Assembly (NCBI RefSeq): GCF_009914755.1
Contig: NC_060936.1
Source of the DNA: the human T2T-CHM13v2.0 reference genome, Homo sapiens
DNA length: 64,000 bases
Strand: one strand, 5' to 3'
Position 1 is the first letter of the stretch. Each line of letters begins with the position of its first letter. The notes beneath the pieces were generated by a model. That model searched no databases, was not told where the DNA came from, and worked only from the letters and a program-made list of their open reading frames with translations. This document shows, one piece after another, positions 30,192 to 50,419 of the stretch. The translations under genes and the position numbers were made by a program.

Positions 30192-31043
30192 ATTATATGA
30201 TGTGGTGTCTCCTCCTGTCTGGTTTTCTCTTCATCCCTACTATACTGATATATAATTGTATATATATACTGACATATATATATATTATATTTTATATATA
30301 TATTATAATATATATATATACACTGACAAATAAAATTGTATATATTTAAGGTTTACACTGTGGTGATTTGACATACATATATATTGTAAAATGATTACCG
30401 TAATCAAGTTACTTAACCCACACCCATTATCTTACATAGTTAACAATCTTGTGTGTAGTGAGAACGTTTAAGATCTACTCCATTCTGTCCATTGGTATCA
30501 ACAAACACAAAGCAAGATCTACTCCCCAAAAAATTTCAAGTGTGCAATGCATCATTATTAACTATAGTCACCATCCAGCACATTAGATCTCTAGAACTTC
30601 GTCATCTTAGAACTGAAAATTTGTACCCTTTGACCAACATTGCCTGATTTTCTCCACTGCCCTCCATTCCCTCACAACCATCATTTTACCCTCTGTTTCT
30701 ATGGATTGACTTTTTAAGATTCTACATATAAGTAGAATTGTACAGTATTTGTCATTCTCTGTATGACTTATTATATTTCACTTAGTATAATGCCCTCCAG
30801 ATTCATCCATGTTGTGCAAATGACAGGATTTCCTTTTTTTATGGCTGAATACTACTCCATTTTATATACATAGTACATTTTCTTTATCCTTTCATCCATT
30901 GGCCAATACTTAAGTTGTTTCCGTGTCTTCACTATTGTGAATAATGATCCAATAAGCATGGAAGTGCAGATATCTGTTCTAGATAATGATTTCATTTTCT
31001 TTTGGTATATACCCAGAAGTAGGATTGCTGGATCATATGATAG

Positions 31044-31289
<246 letters not shown>

Positions 31290-31705
31290 TGATCCACCTG
31301 CCTCTGTCTCCCAAAGTGCTGGGATTACAGGCGTGAGCCACCACGCCCCGCCAGATAGTTTTATTTTTAGTCTTTTGAGGAACTTCCATACTGTTTTCCA
31401 TAATAGCTGTACTAATTTATATCCCCACCAACAGAGCACAAAGGTTCCTTTTATCTATATCCTTACCAATACTTGTCAGTTTTTGTCTTTTTAATAATAG
31501 CTCTTCTAACAGCTGTGTGGGTGGTATCTCATTGCAGTTTTGATTTGAATTTCCCTAATGATTAGTCATGTTGAACATATTTTCATGTACCTGTTGGCCA
31601 TTTGTATGTTTTCTTTGGAAAAATGTCTATTCAGTTTCTTTGCCCATTTGTAAATTGAATTATTTGTTTTTTTTGTTGCTGTTGAGTTGTACAAATTTCT
31701 TACAT

Positions 31706-31908
31706 CAAGCTTGTCCAACCTGTAGCCTGCAGGCCACATGTGGCCCAGGATGGCTTTGAATGCAGCCCAACACAAATCTGTAAACTTCCTTAAAATGTTA
31801 TGAGATTTTTTAGCTCATTAGCTGTCGTTAATGTTAGTGTACTTTATGTGTGGCCCAAGACAATTCTTCCAATGTGGCCCAGAGAAGCTAAAGGATTGGA
31901 CACCCCTG
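31706..31908. mobile_element. MER30-like hAT MITE
   Basis: Imperfect terminal inverted repeats CAAGCTTGTCCAA / TTGGACACCCCTG; 8-bp TSD TCTTACAT (31698-31705 / 31909-31916). Confidence 0.85.
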
Positions 31909-32477
31909 TCTTACATATTTTGGATATTAACCCCTTGTCAGATATATAGTTTGCAAATATTTTCTCCCATTCTGTAGGCTACTCTTTCATTTTTTGATTG
32001 TTTCCACTGCCGTGCAGAAGCTTTTTATTTTGATGCAATCCTATTTGTCTATTTCTGTTTTTCTTTCCCAGTTTTCTTTTTTTAAATGAAGTTGAATATT
32101 TTATTTCTTATTTTGCTTCAAAGCTGTTGCTTCACTGTATAAAAATAGCACCAGCAAATGTACTATCTTGGGAAATTAAGATAGTGTTGTTCTTCATCTG
32201 ACACTGTATGTACATCCACCAACAAAAAGTTCTCTACTCCCAATTACTTCCAATGGAAAGATGATTAAGTATTTTGACCCAAATCCAGATATTGATGTAA
32301 GCAAGTTACAATATTATATTAGGTTTAAGACAACAATGTTATCCTTGAATTACATAATATTAATAACTAGGTTTACCATAGATAATTTCATGAATTCTGA
32401 ATATTAGAGCCTAGTCTAAAAATCATAGGGTACTGTGAAAAAGAAGCATATTGTATTTATCTGCAATCATTAGAAAA

Positions 32478-32762
<285 letters not shown>

Positions 32763-32835
32763 TTGTAGTTCATCTAGTTCTGAAGGGTTACTGAGTGTCA
32801 TCGTGATCAGTCAATCGTCTTCATAACAAGATTTG

Positions 32836-33919
32836 TGTTGCGGGAAGTTAGGGACCCCAAACGGAGGGACTGGCTGGAGCCAAGGCAGAACATAAATTGT
32901 GAAGATTTCATGGACATTTATCAGTTCCCCAAATTAATACTTTTATAATTTCTTATGCCTGCCTTTACTGCAATCTCTGAACATAGATTGTGAAGATTTC
33001 ATGGACATTTATCAGTTCCCCAAATTAATACTTTTATAATTTCTTATGTCTGTCTTTACTTTAACCTCTTAATCACGTTATCTTCGTAAGCTGAGAATGT
33101 ACGTCACCTCAGGACCACTATTGTACAAATTGATTGTAAAACGTGTGTGTTTGAACAATATGAAATCAGTGCACCTTGAAAAAGAACAGAATAACAGCAA
33201 TTTTCAGGGAACAAGGGAAGATAACCATAAGGTCTGACTCCCTGCGGGGTCCGGCAGAATAGAGCCATATTTTTCTTCTTGCAGGGAGCCTATAAACAGA
33301 CGTGTGAGTAGGAGAGATATTGCTGAATTCTTTTCCTGGCAAGGAATATTAATAATTAATACCCTGGGGAAGGAATGCATTCCTGGGGGGAGGTCTATAA
33401 ACAGCCTCCCTGGGAGTGTCTTACGCGGTTGAGATAAGGACTGAAATATACCCTGGTCTCCTGAAGTACCCTCAGGCTGACTAGGATGGGAAATTCCAGC
33501 CTGGTAAATTCTAGTCAGACTGGTTCTCTGCTCTCGAACCCTGTTTCCTGTTAAGATGTTTATCAAGACAATACGTGCACAGTGGGACATAGACCCTCAT
33601 CAGCACAGCGGGGCATAGACCCTCATCAGTAATTCTAATTTTGCCCTTGCCTTGCGATCTTTATTGCCCTTTGAAGCATGTGATCTCTGTGACCTACTCC
33701 CTGTATGTACACCCCCTCCCCTTTTAAAATCCCTAATAAAAACTTGCTGGTTTTGCGGCTCGGGGTCATCACAGTCCTACCAATATGTGATGTTACACCC
33801 AGAGGCCAGCTGTAAAATTTCTCTCTTTGTACTCTTTCTCTTTATTTCTCAGACTGGCCAACACTTAAGGAAAATAGAAAAGAACCTATGTTGAAATACT
33901 GGGAGCTGGTTCCCCGATG
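32836..33919 (+). mobile_element. MER11 (HERVK11) solo LTR, MER11C-like
   Basis: Starts TGTTGCGGGAAG, ends TTCCCCGATG; 6-bp TSD GATTTG (32830-32835 / 33920-33925); internal repeat with ~91-bp period; AATAAA ~33736. Confidence 0.9.
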
Positions 33920-34869
33920 GATTTGTTGACAACTCTGGATTTTCTTCAAGGGATTCATTAATTTCAGTTACTTCTGATAAAGGAGAAAACAGTTCATTAG
34001 TAGCTTTCATACTTTCCAAAGCACCAAACTCATCTTGTTTGCCCCAATTTTGTCCCAACTTCAGGCCAACTACAGTAAACAACAGCTCCCAAAGACTCCT
34101 GTGCAAATTGCTGATTCCCACTGTTCCAATACCATTTTCTGTTATTATGTGTTGACGTTTCTCTGTGAATTTATGCAGTGAAAGCAGAACGTGTCTGGAA
34201 GGCACCCACCCTCAGCCACCAGAGCCTCTGCAGGCAGGGCCCAGCAGGTGCTGAGGGTGCATGCAGACTACAGACCACTGCCTGCAAGCTCCACGCCACT
34301 CTCAGTGCCATGTTCACAGGAGCTTTTCTTCTTATATCTATTAAAAAAATCATTCCCCAGACAAATGGCAAGTGGCTTTTTTCCTGTTTTTCTTTCTATG
34401 AATTTTATGGTTTTAGGCCTTACATTTAAGTCTTTGATACATTTTAAATTAATTTTCATGAGTGGTGGAAGATAAGGTTTCAGTTTCATTCTTTTGAATG
34501 TGGAGATCCAGTTTTTCCAACACCATTTACTGAGGAAACTGTCCTTTCTTATCTTGTTTTCATCTTGGCACCCCTGTCAAATATTAGTTGACCATATACC
34601 TGGGAGTTTATTTTAAAAATTATTACTAAATAATCACTTAAAGTAGTTAACTATTTTTAATTATTAAGAAATAACTTTATTACATAATTATTTTAAATAG
34701 TTATTATTTTAAAAATTTCCAAAACTGTCAAAAAGAATAAACTACTTAGGAATAAATTTAACCAAAGGGGTGAAAAATCAGTACACTGAAAACTATAAAA
34801 CATCGATGAAGGAAATTTAAGACGCAAAGCAATGAAAAGATATCCCATGTTTATGTGTTGAAATACTTA

Positions 34870-37080
34870 AATGGAGTAATATTAGCAAGCTAACCTACAC
34901 TAGAAGCCTTTAGTGCTCATCCCCACACAAGGACAAAAGCATGACTGAAAAACTACATCTTGATGAGAACAGCTAAAAGAGGGCACCAGAGTACAGCAAA
35001 GGAGAAGCAGAAACCCTGTAGAGCATAGAAACCCAGGATGGTCTCATAGAGAATGGAAGGAAACACCTTGCCTCTGCCACCAGATGGGATCAGGTCAGAA
35101 CCAGGGAGGATTTCTCACTGCAGAAAAAAGATAAGCAAGAGGCCCTCAGCAGCCTCTATTGCCACATTGGACATCTATAGTCCTCACCACTGGAAACTCC
35201 TGCAGTTGTCACAGGTGCATAGCCCACCTGAGGGAGCTTCTTGGAGTTCACATGACTGTGCTCCTTCCAGAGGAGTTGACACTGTGCCCCATTCATCACG
35301 GCTGATGGGGCTGCTGTACTGCAGCATCTTGGACCTGGAACCACTGCTGGAGTGTGTCCTGCTCTACATGTGAGAGGCTATGGCACACTTCTGTCTCTGA
35401 GACTTCATTGCCACTGAACCACCCCTGCTTGGTGGAATACCATCCCTGAGCTGAGGTGCTGCTACACCCTACCCTGTGGGACTAACCTGTGGCAGAGTGG
35501 CATTATTTACCTCCCAGTTGCTGCTGTGCCCTGCTCCTAGGGGCTTGAGCTGAAGCAGCACACTGCCTCCCAGGGAGATAGTGTGTTGGCTGCCCAAAGC
35601 ACTTGCAACCCTCTGTGCCTGAGCTGAAATGGCAGCCTGTCTCCTGGGGAAGTGGTATCTTGGCTGCCCAGAGGAATCATGCTCCTGAGCCTACTCTGAA
35701 ATGGCATTCTGCCTCCTAGGGAATTAATGCCTTGGTCACCCAGAGCAGCCATGACCCCTGGGCCAGTACTGAAGCAATATATTGCCTCTTGAGGAATTGA
35801 TATTTTGGCTGAGACATGCATAGTCATCACTGATGTTGACTGCAGCCGAAGAAGCTGCACAGAGGCTATGCCACTGCATCTATTGGGAAGTAGAGCCACC
35901 ATATCCTTCCCAATGGGTACACTAAGACCCATCTGCAGGTGAATGCCTTTCCTATTAAAGCCACCCTGTAATATTCAGAGGGGGTGAACGATCCACCAGA
36001 CATGCAGATGTCAAAGCAGGGACACAAGAAACATGAAAAAGCAAGAAAACATGATACCACCAAAGAAACACAATAATTCTGTAGTAACTAACCCCAAAGA
36101 GCAGACTAAGCAGACAGCCTACAGAATGGGAGAAAACATTTGCCAACTATGCATCTTACAAAGGTCTAATATGCATAATCTATAAGGAACTTAATTCAAC
36201 AAGCAAAAAACAATTCAACAAGCAAAAAACAATCCCACAAAAATGGCAAAGAACATGAACAGACACTTCTCAAAAGAAGATATGCATGTGGTCAAAAAAT
36301 ACAAGAAAAAATGCCCATCATCACTAATCATTAGAGAAATGCAAATCAAGACCACAGTGAGATACCATCTCATGCCAATCAGAACAGCTGTTACTAAAAA
36401 GACAAAAAATAACTGATGTTGACGAGGCTGTGGAGAAAAGGAAACATTCTACTGGTGAAAATGTAAATTAGTTCAGCCTCTGTAGAAAGCAGTTTGTAGA
36501 TTTCTCAAAGAACTTAAAACTATGATTTAACTCAGTAACCCCATTACTGAGTTATATACCCAAGAGAAAATAAATCGTTCTATCATAAAGTCACATGCAC
36601 TTGTATGTTCATTGCAGCACTATTCACAATAGCATAAACATGGAATCAACCTAGATGCCCATCATCCGTGGACTGGATTTTTAAAAATGTGGTACGTATA
36701 CACCATGGGGTACTACACGGCCAGAAAAATGAAATCGTGTCCTTTTCAGCAACATGGATGCAGCTGGAGGCTATTATCCTAAGTGAATTAACACAGGAAC
36801 AAAACACTAAATTCTGCAGGTTTTTACTTATAAGTAGGAGTGAAACACAGTACACACTGATATAAAGATGAGAACAAGAGACACTGAAGACTACCAGAGG
36901 GGGGAGATTGGGAGGGCAGCAGGGGTTGAAAACATACCTATTGGGTACTATGCTCGCTACTGGGGTAACGAGATCATTCGTACAAAAAAACCTAAGCAAT
37001 ACCCAATTCACTTATGTAACAAACCTGCACATGTACCTTGGAACCTAAAATAAAAGTCGAAAACAGAAAAAAAAAAGAAC
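34870..37080 (+). mobile_element. Old L1 5' UTR/ORF1 start (34870-36097) joined to an L1P ORF2 end + 3' UTR (36098-37080)
   Basis: MIPPKKHNNSVVTNPK ORF1-start-like peptide, then [15 protein letters not shown]; A-tail ~37065-37080. Confidence 0.7.
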
Positions 37081-37250
37081 AAATTACAATAAAAAAGAGA
37101 GAATTAAGTCATGGCCGTTGCAGCAACAAAGATGCAGGTGGAGGCCATTATCCTAGTGATTAATTCAGGAACAGAAAACCAAATACCTCACGTCAGTTCT
37201 TTGCTGACAATGTGATCTTATACTTAGAAAATTCTGAAGACTCCATCAAG

Positions 37251-40200
37251 AGGGGAGCAGCCAAAATGGCAGAATTGAAACAACTCTGCGGCTTCCACCA
37301 AGAAGGACGAAAATGGCGAATGAATTCTACATCTTCAATTGCTGTACCAAGGTTCTCTCACTGGGACTAACTAGCAAGTTGGTGCGATCCATGGAGAGCG
37401 AGGAAAAGCAGGGTGGAGTGAGGGCCCATCCGGCAGCTGCACGGGGCAAAGGGAGCTCCTTCCCCCAGCCAAGGGAGGAGGTGAGGGATTGTGCTACCCC
37501 TCCCTGAAAACCACACTTTTCCCAGGGATCCTTGCAACTAGCTGGTCAGGAGGTCCCCTTGTGAGCCCATGCCACCAGGGCCTTGGGTCGCAAACACAGA
37601 GCTGTGCAGACTCACGGTGGCTGCTCAGATGGGTGGCTGCTGGAGCAGGCACTGAGACACAGGAGTTTTTGCATACTCCAGTTCTGGGAATTCCAGTGAG
37701 GCAAGAGATCTGTCTACTCCCATGGGAAAGGGCTAAAGCCAGGGAGCCAAGCAGCCTCGCTCAGCAGGCCCTATTCTCATGGAAACCGCGGAAGTCACAA
37801 GCTAAAACCCACTGGCTTGGAATCCCTCCCGGCCAGTGCAGCAGGCTGGAGACTGCCTAAGAAGACGGAGTTCTGCAGGAGGAGGGGCAGCTGCCATCAC
37901 TGCGGCTCCAGTTGGCCGTTTTCCTCTGCCACCCCTCCCAGCGAGACTGGGCGGTTTGGACAGGGAGCAATTCCCTACAGCGCAGCACAGTGACTAGGAC
38001 AGTTCGTGGCCAGACTGCTTCGTTAAGCGGGACATCAATCCAGTCCAACTCACCAGGCGGGGCCTCCTTGTGGGAATTTCAGCATCCCCAGCCAGGGGTT
38101 TATGGACAGAACACTGATATCCCTGAGAGGAACTCCTAGGAGGAGGGGCGGTTGTGGTATCATGGATCAACAGTCTTAGTCTTTTCTGCCTGCTGGCTCT
38201 GGAGAATCAGGACAGTCTGGACGAGGAGGATTCCTCCCAGTTTAGCACACACGCTCCACCAAGAGGCAGCCAGACTGCTTATTTAAGTGGGTCCCTGATC
38301 CTGCTCCTCCTGACTAGGTGAAATGTCCCAACAGGAGTCTCCAGACACCTCCTACAGGAGCATTCTGGCTGGCATGGGGTCAGTGTTCCTCTGGGACAGA
38401 GCTCCCAGAGGAAGGAGCAGACTGCCATCTTTGCTGTTCTGCAGCCTCTACTGGTGACATCTCCAGGGGTGGGAGGGAACCAGGTGGATAGGGTCTGGAG
38501 TGGACCCCCAGGAAATCATAGCAGCCGTGGGAAAGAGGGGCATGACTGCTAAAAGAAAAACAAACAGAAAGCAACAACAACAACATTAACAAAAAAGACC
38601 CCACAAAACCCTCATCCAAAGATCAGCAGCCTCAAAGATCAAAGGTAGATATACCTATGAAAATGAGAAAGAATCAATGCAAAAGTGCTAAAAACTCAAA
38701 AAACCAGAGTGTCTAAATGATCGCAACATGTCTCCAGCAAGGGCTCAGAACTGAGCTGAGGCTGAGATGAATGAATTGACAGAAACGGGCTTCAGAAGAT
38801 GGGTAATAATGAACTTGACTGAGCTAAAGGAGTATGTTCTAATTCGTTGCAAAGAAGCTAATAATGATAAAACATTACAGGAGCTGTTAACCAAAATAAC
38901 CAGTTTAGAGAGGAACACAAATGACTCAATGGAGCTGAAAAACACAACATGAGAACTTCACAATGCAAACACAAGTATCAATAGCTGTATAGAACAAGTG
39001 GATGAAAGGATATCAGAACTTGAAGACAATTCTGTGGAAATAAGGCAGGTAGACAAGGTTAGAGAAAAAAGGGTGAAAAGAAACAAACAAAACCTCCGAC
39101 AACTATGGGATTATGTTAAAAGACTGAACCTACGACTGATAGGGATACCCGAAAGACGCAGGGAGAATGAAACAAAGTTGGAAAACACACTTCAGGATAT
39201 CATCCAGGAGAACTTCCCTTACCTAACAAGACAGGCCAACATGCAAATTCAGGAAATACAGAGGAACCCAGTAAGATACTCCACAAGAAGATCAACCCAA
39301 AGACACATAATCATCAGATTCTCCAAGGTAGAAATGAAGGAAAATATGTTAAGGGTAGCCAGAGAGAAAGGCCAAGTCACCTATAAAGGGAAGCCCATCA
39401 GACTAACAGCAGACCTCTCAATAGAAATCCTAGAAGCCAGGAGAGATTGGGGGCCAATATTCAACATTATTAAAGAAAACAATTTTGAACTGAGAATTTC
39501 ATATTCAGCAAAACCAAGCTTTATAAATGAAGGAGAAATAAAATCCTTTTCAGACAAGTAAATGCTGAGGAAATTCATCACCACCAGGCCTGCCTTGCGA
39601 GAGATCCTGAAGGAAGCACTAAACATGGAAAGGAAAAAGCATTACCAGCCACTACAAAAACACATTGAAGTACACAGACCAATGATCCTATGAAGCAACT
39701 ACATAAACAAGTCTGCAAAATAACCAGCTAACATCATGATGATAGGATGAAATTCACACATAACAATATTAACTTTAAATGTAAATGGGCCAAATGACCC
39801 AATTAAAAGACACAGAATGGCAAGCTAGATAAAGAGTGAAGATCCATTGGTGTGCTGTATTCAACAGAACCATCTAATATGCAAAGACACACATAGACTC
39901 AAAATAAAAGGATGGAGAAAAATTTACCAAGCAAATGGGAAACAGAAAAAAGCAGGGATTCTAATCTTAGTTTCTGACAAAACAGACTTTAAACCAACAA
40001 AAGTCAAAAGAGACAAAGAAGGGCATTACATAATAGTAAAGGGGTCAATTCAACAAGAAGAGTTAACTATCCTAAACATATATGCACCCAATACAGAGCA
40101 TCCAGATTAATAAAACAAGTTCTTAGATACCTACAAAGAGACTTAGACTCCCACACAATAGTAGTGGGAGACTTTAACCCTCCACTGTCAATATTAGACA

Positions 40201-40551
40201 GAACAAGGCAGAAATTTAACAAAGATATTCAGGATTTGAACTCAGCTCTGGATCAGGTGGACCTGATAGATGTCTACAGAACTCTCCATCCCAAAACAAC
40301 AGAATATACATTCTTCTCAGCGCCACATGGCACTTACTGTAAAATTGATCACATAATTGGAAGTAAATCACCCCTCAGAAAATGCAAAAGAACTGAAATA
40401 GTAACAGTCTCTCAGACCACAGCACAAATTAGAACTAAAGATTAAGAAACTCACTCAAAACCACACAACTACATGGAAATTGAACAACCTGCTCCTGAAT
40501 GACTCTTGGGTAAATAATGACATTAAGGCAGAAATCAAAAAGTTCTTCGAA
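37251..40551 (+). mobile_element. L1PA (older subfamily) 5' half: 5' UTR, ORF1, ORF2 endonuclease; 3' truncated
   Basis: ORF1 fragments 38767-39626 and EN fragments 39847-40445; multiple stops. Confidence 0.9.
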
Positions 40552-45975
<5,424 letters not shown>

Positions 45976-48900
45976 TTTCTTCTTAAGACATTAACTTATT
46001 AACACAACTTCAAATGACTACTTATCATTAAGAAAAGTATATAGAAATAGCAATAGATTTTTGTGATATTGAATATTTGTTTATATTTTGAAGGCATATA
46101 AACAAATTATCTTTATGCCATTTAAATGCTTGTTTTTTGCATGATCAACCATGATAATCAAAAAGAGAAACTTCACATAAAACATCATGAGAATTATTTG
46201 AACATATTTGGAGAGTCAACATTCTTTAAATTTTTGAATGTTCTTTTGCTTGTATTTTTGTCAAGATAAAGAATGAGATTTGAGCTTCAAAGAAACCCAC
46301 ACAGGTGGTTCCTGTCTGCCTCACTTTGGAGTTGTACATGCAGTGATTCTAGAAGAATAACCACAAAGTGGAAATGAGAACTGTTTTTCTTTTTAGTTAC
46401 AGGGAGGAGATTAAAAGTAAAACCAAGAATGGAAGATTAGGAATTGATGTTAAATCTAAGACTGATTTTTTTTTAAAGTAAACAAATGTACAAAGTGGAA
46501 GAATTGTAAAGTTAGATAATCTTAGGACTGAAATAGAGATTGAAACATGATAATAGGTTAGAAAATGATGAAATTAGGAAAATAAGTCACACTTAAGGGC
46601 AACTGAGAGGAGAAGAAAAACTAACAAATTTGGGAGTGGAAAAATTGAAGAAAATAGTAAAAATTGGGGAAAGTTAGGGTATCAAAGGGAGGATGCTCTT
46701 GAAGGAAAAAGATAATAGTAAGCTGAGACTGCTTTGTATTGCCTAAGTTTGTATTTGGCCATTTGATTACAGGATGTTTCTAGGATTCTTCTAGCTTAAA
46801 TTTTCCCCAGTATTATTAATCTTAGGTTATTAGTCATCATTTTCTATACTCCAGACTCCTAAGTAACTGGTCTCCCAAGCCTTTTGACTGAGAAAAGTAT
46901 AAACCTCTGCTTTTGGTCTTGCATATTTGATAGAAGGAGCTTGTAGACCCAAGAGAAGCCTCAGAGAGTATCCCTATGGTTTCCACCCAACTTCTCAGTG
47001 GCTGTTTCATTGTAGTTGACTTTGTAAATTCTCACTTGAAATGGAACTATCTTTTCATCACTTATGATATAGCTTTTTAAACAAATGTCCCTCAAAATAT
47101 TTCTCTTTTTCTTAACATGCCAATCTCTAATTTTTCTACCTTTAAAAAAAAAGAGATTTCAAATATGTATTATAGACTTGATTATTTTTCTTCTTTGACC
47201 TTAAAAGTACTAAAATATGCTTTTTGATAATTGGCTCTCATTTTTAGTTTATTTGCCTGAGTCTAGCTGTATTTTCCCAATTTTGGTTCTGAACTCATCC
47301 ATGCATGTGGTACTCACCAAACAAATTGCTACTACCAGTTCTAGGGTTGCCAGTGCTTAAATGGATCAAAAAGTCATACTCAAAGTAATTAGCATCTTCC
47401 ATAATTATAATATCTAGACTAGTGTCTTTAATCTTAATGTGAGAGTTTTTTATACTGTTAGAGAAAAATGTGTTCAAAGAATAATTTCATCAAGGAATAT
47501 GGCAGTGAGATATATCTTTTGTTTCCTGCACCACCAAATTAATATCTAAGGTTTGCTATTGTGACAGGCTTTAAAGATCTCCCATTTCTCTGCTTTATTA
47601 TTTTTCTGATTTAAAAAATAGGTCTACTTTCTGATATGGTGATAAAAAACATATAATAAGAGTCTGTGGGAGAGTAACCTAAGGTGCTATCTTATGTAAA
47701 TTGGAAACATGACGATTTAGATAAATAAAAAAATTTTTTGGATGTTAAAAAAAGAATATCACAGACTTTAGGATATTAGAAAGAAACAGAATTGTCACCC
47801 AAGTTAGTTCCAATTTCATTTTTCAAGATCAAGTGCTAGAGAGAATTGAGTTTAAGAATAAATCAGTAATCAAGGGGAAGTAGATAGACTAAGAAAAATG
47901 AACAGTAATTAAATTGGGTTGAGTCTTCACAAATCACAAAAAAATGAACTAAAGGAGTAAAGAGATGAAGTGGAAAACAAAGATATCAGTGCATGTTCTC
48001 GCCAAAAACATAAAGATAGTTTTTATTGCGAGATGTTTAAGATATATCAAAACATTAAAACCTTCCCTCGTTTAGTTAAAAATTACTCCTTATTTTAAAA
48101 AAATAGGTAATAGCAGTCAGAAAACTTCAGAAACTCTAAAAAGGCCCATGAGTTTTCTTCAGAAATAAAATACAGAGACACAGGCAGCCAGTGAGTCAAC
48201 AAATTTTTATTGGGTAATTAGTATTTTCCTGGTATTAGGGGAACAATGAGGCATGTAACAGAGTTCCTGCTCTGAACTGTAGCTTTTCCATTTTAATATG
48301 ATGGACATTGAAAAGATATGTAAATCTATAAACAGATAAAATAAATATAAGCAAGCTCTGAGATAGGAAAGTTTTCTTTCTTGGATTGGATATGTAGAAG
48401 AGTGAGTATATTCAGGAGGATTGGAGAGAATTGACATTGAATCAGAATCATGATGCCAGTTTTAATCTTAAAACACATGAGAGAGAATAAGGGTGACATT
48501 ACGGTTAAGCTGCTCTGTGAGAGGGTTGTGTTCTGAAGGATTTTAAGAACATGAAACTCTTTAGCTTGACAGACATAATGAAGTCTAAGGGAACTAATCC
48601 ACCTTCCTCTTTTCCAGTGACTCGTCAAAAATCTGCATAATGGAAAATTGCAAGGGGTTTTTCCTGATCTACTTTGAAATGCAATTCCGCTTAAAGGTAT
48701 AACTTTGCCATGAGTAATCAGACTTCCTGTTCTAATGTCCACATTCCTATTCAGCTTGTTCTCTGTTATGAATTCCATGTAAGTCCTGCTGCTTCAACTG
48801 GAGACCCTAAATAAGCATTTCAAACTTAATAGGCTGAAATGACACTGTAGTCTGAATTCTAAGTAAATTATGAAATAGGCAAAAGAATCAGGAAGCAATC

Positions 48901-49385
48901 TAAACACTCACTTTATTACTGGTAAAGCTGTACTGAAACATGTGAATTGGATTTAAAGCCAAAAAGCATTTCCTACTATGCCTAAACCCAAATCTAAAAT
49001 AGAAACCCTTTTTGGGAGAATTGTATAGGCTGCCTGAGGGGGGAAAAAGAAGTCCTTCCTCTCACTTCCTTGAGAAAAGCAACACTTGAATACTGGCCTT
49101 TGATTAATTAATTCTCTCCAGTGGAAATAATGAGAACATTTGACCCTATATAAAGTGTTTTGGATATTGTGAGAAATGAAGAAATAGGAAACATGTTGGA
49201 CTTGTTAATGGAAATTCCTTCTGGGTGAATTGAAGGAGTATAGGGAGAAGAGAAAATGGTTTCTATCATGCTCATTGCCTTCTTTTTGAATCAGTTGAAG
49301 TAAAATTTGTATACCACAAAATATATCCATTTAAGTAAACATTTCAATGAGTTTGACAAGTTTTTATACTTGTAAACTGTGAAAT

Positions 49386-49830
49386 GTTGACCTAAAAGGA
49401 AGGGGCTGAGACACAAATTATAATTAGAGTTTTCTTGAGCCAAAGTGAGGGCAGAAGCCAGGAAGAACAGACCCAAATACTCTTGGCTGTTAGCTTCCTC
49501 TGGCCTTTGTTACAGGCAGGTTTTTAAAGGAAAAAGAGGCAGACAGGGAGTGGGTTGGTACACAATTGTTTGTCAGGAATTCTCATTGGTTCACAGAAGT
49601 AACACTGATTAGTGATTGGCTATAAATAATTAACTATAGATCATGGATTATAGTGTCCAGTGTGACATCATTAAGTTAATTTGTAATCACTCCTGGCAAT
49701 AGCAAGCAGTTTTAAGACATGAATACATAGCTCAAAGAAAGGGAGTAGGATGTGTTTGCTCTCATTTTAATGTTTCTCTAGGCCTGATAATTTAAAAGGA
49801 CCCTCAATTCTCAGATAATTTTTCTTTCTT
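49386..49830 (-). mobile_element. ERV1 MER4-group LTR
   Basis: TGTTGACCTAAAAGGAAG start; resemblance only. Confidence 0.55.
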
Positions 49831-50419
49831 TTTTAAAATGCAATCAAATTGAACATTTTTATTACCCGCAAAGTTCTCTAAACCCCTTCTTAGTCAATCC
49901 TGCTTCCACCCAACCCCAAACAACCATTGAGCTGTTCTAAATGTGGATTATATTTTTCTTTTCTAGAGTTTCATCCAAACAAAACTATACAGTATGTTCT
50001 CCTTTGTGTCTGGCTTCTTTTGTTTAGCATACTGTTTTTGAGATTTATCTATGTTATTTTTGCTGCCAGTAGTTAATTTCCTTCTACTAGTGAGTAGTAT
50101 TTCATTGTATAAATGCAACATACATATAAATATCTATACATTTTCCTATTGATGGAAATTTGTTTTTTTCCTGGATTTGGCCTTTAAGAAAATCTGTTAT
50201 AAATATTTATGTGGAAGTATTTTTGTAAATATTTTTTCCCTTCTCTTGAATACGTTTCTAGAAATAAAATTGATGCGTCAAATGGCAATTGTAAGTGTAT
50301 CTTTATAAATATGCCAAACATCTGATGAAATGTCTTGGGTTTTTCTTTACGTTTTTTTCTCTGGATATGATATATTTCCTTTCTCTGACTACTTTTAAGA
50401 TTTTTCACTATTGATTTTT

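Noticed and set aside
48326-48778. 150-aa minus-strand ORF
   Set aside because: No recognisable domain or exon context; plausible as a chance ORF.
45976-49300. Second C-type lectin gene or pseudogene
   Set aside because: No CRD motifs (CP..W, W.GL.D, WND) found by eye; a sensitive tBLASTn would be needed to exclude it fully.
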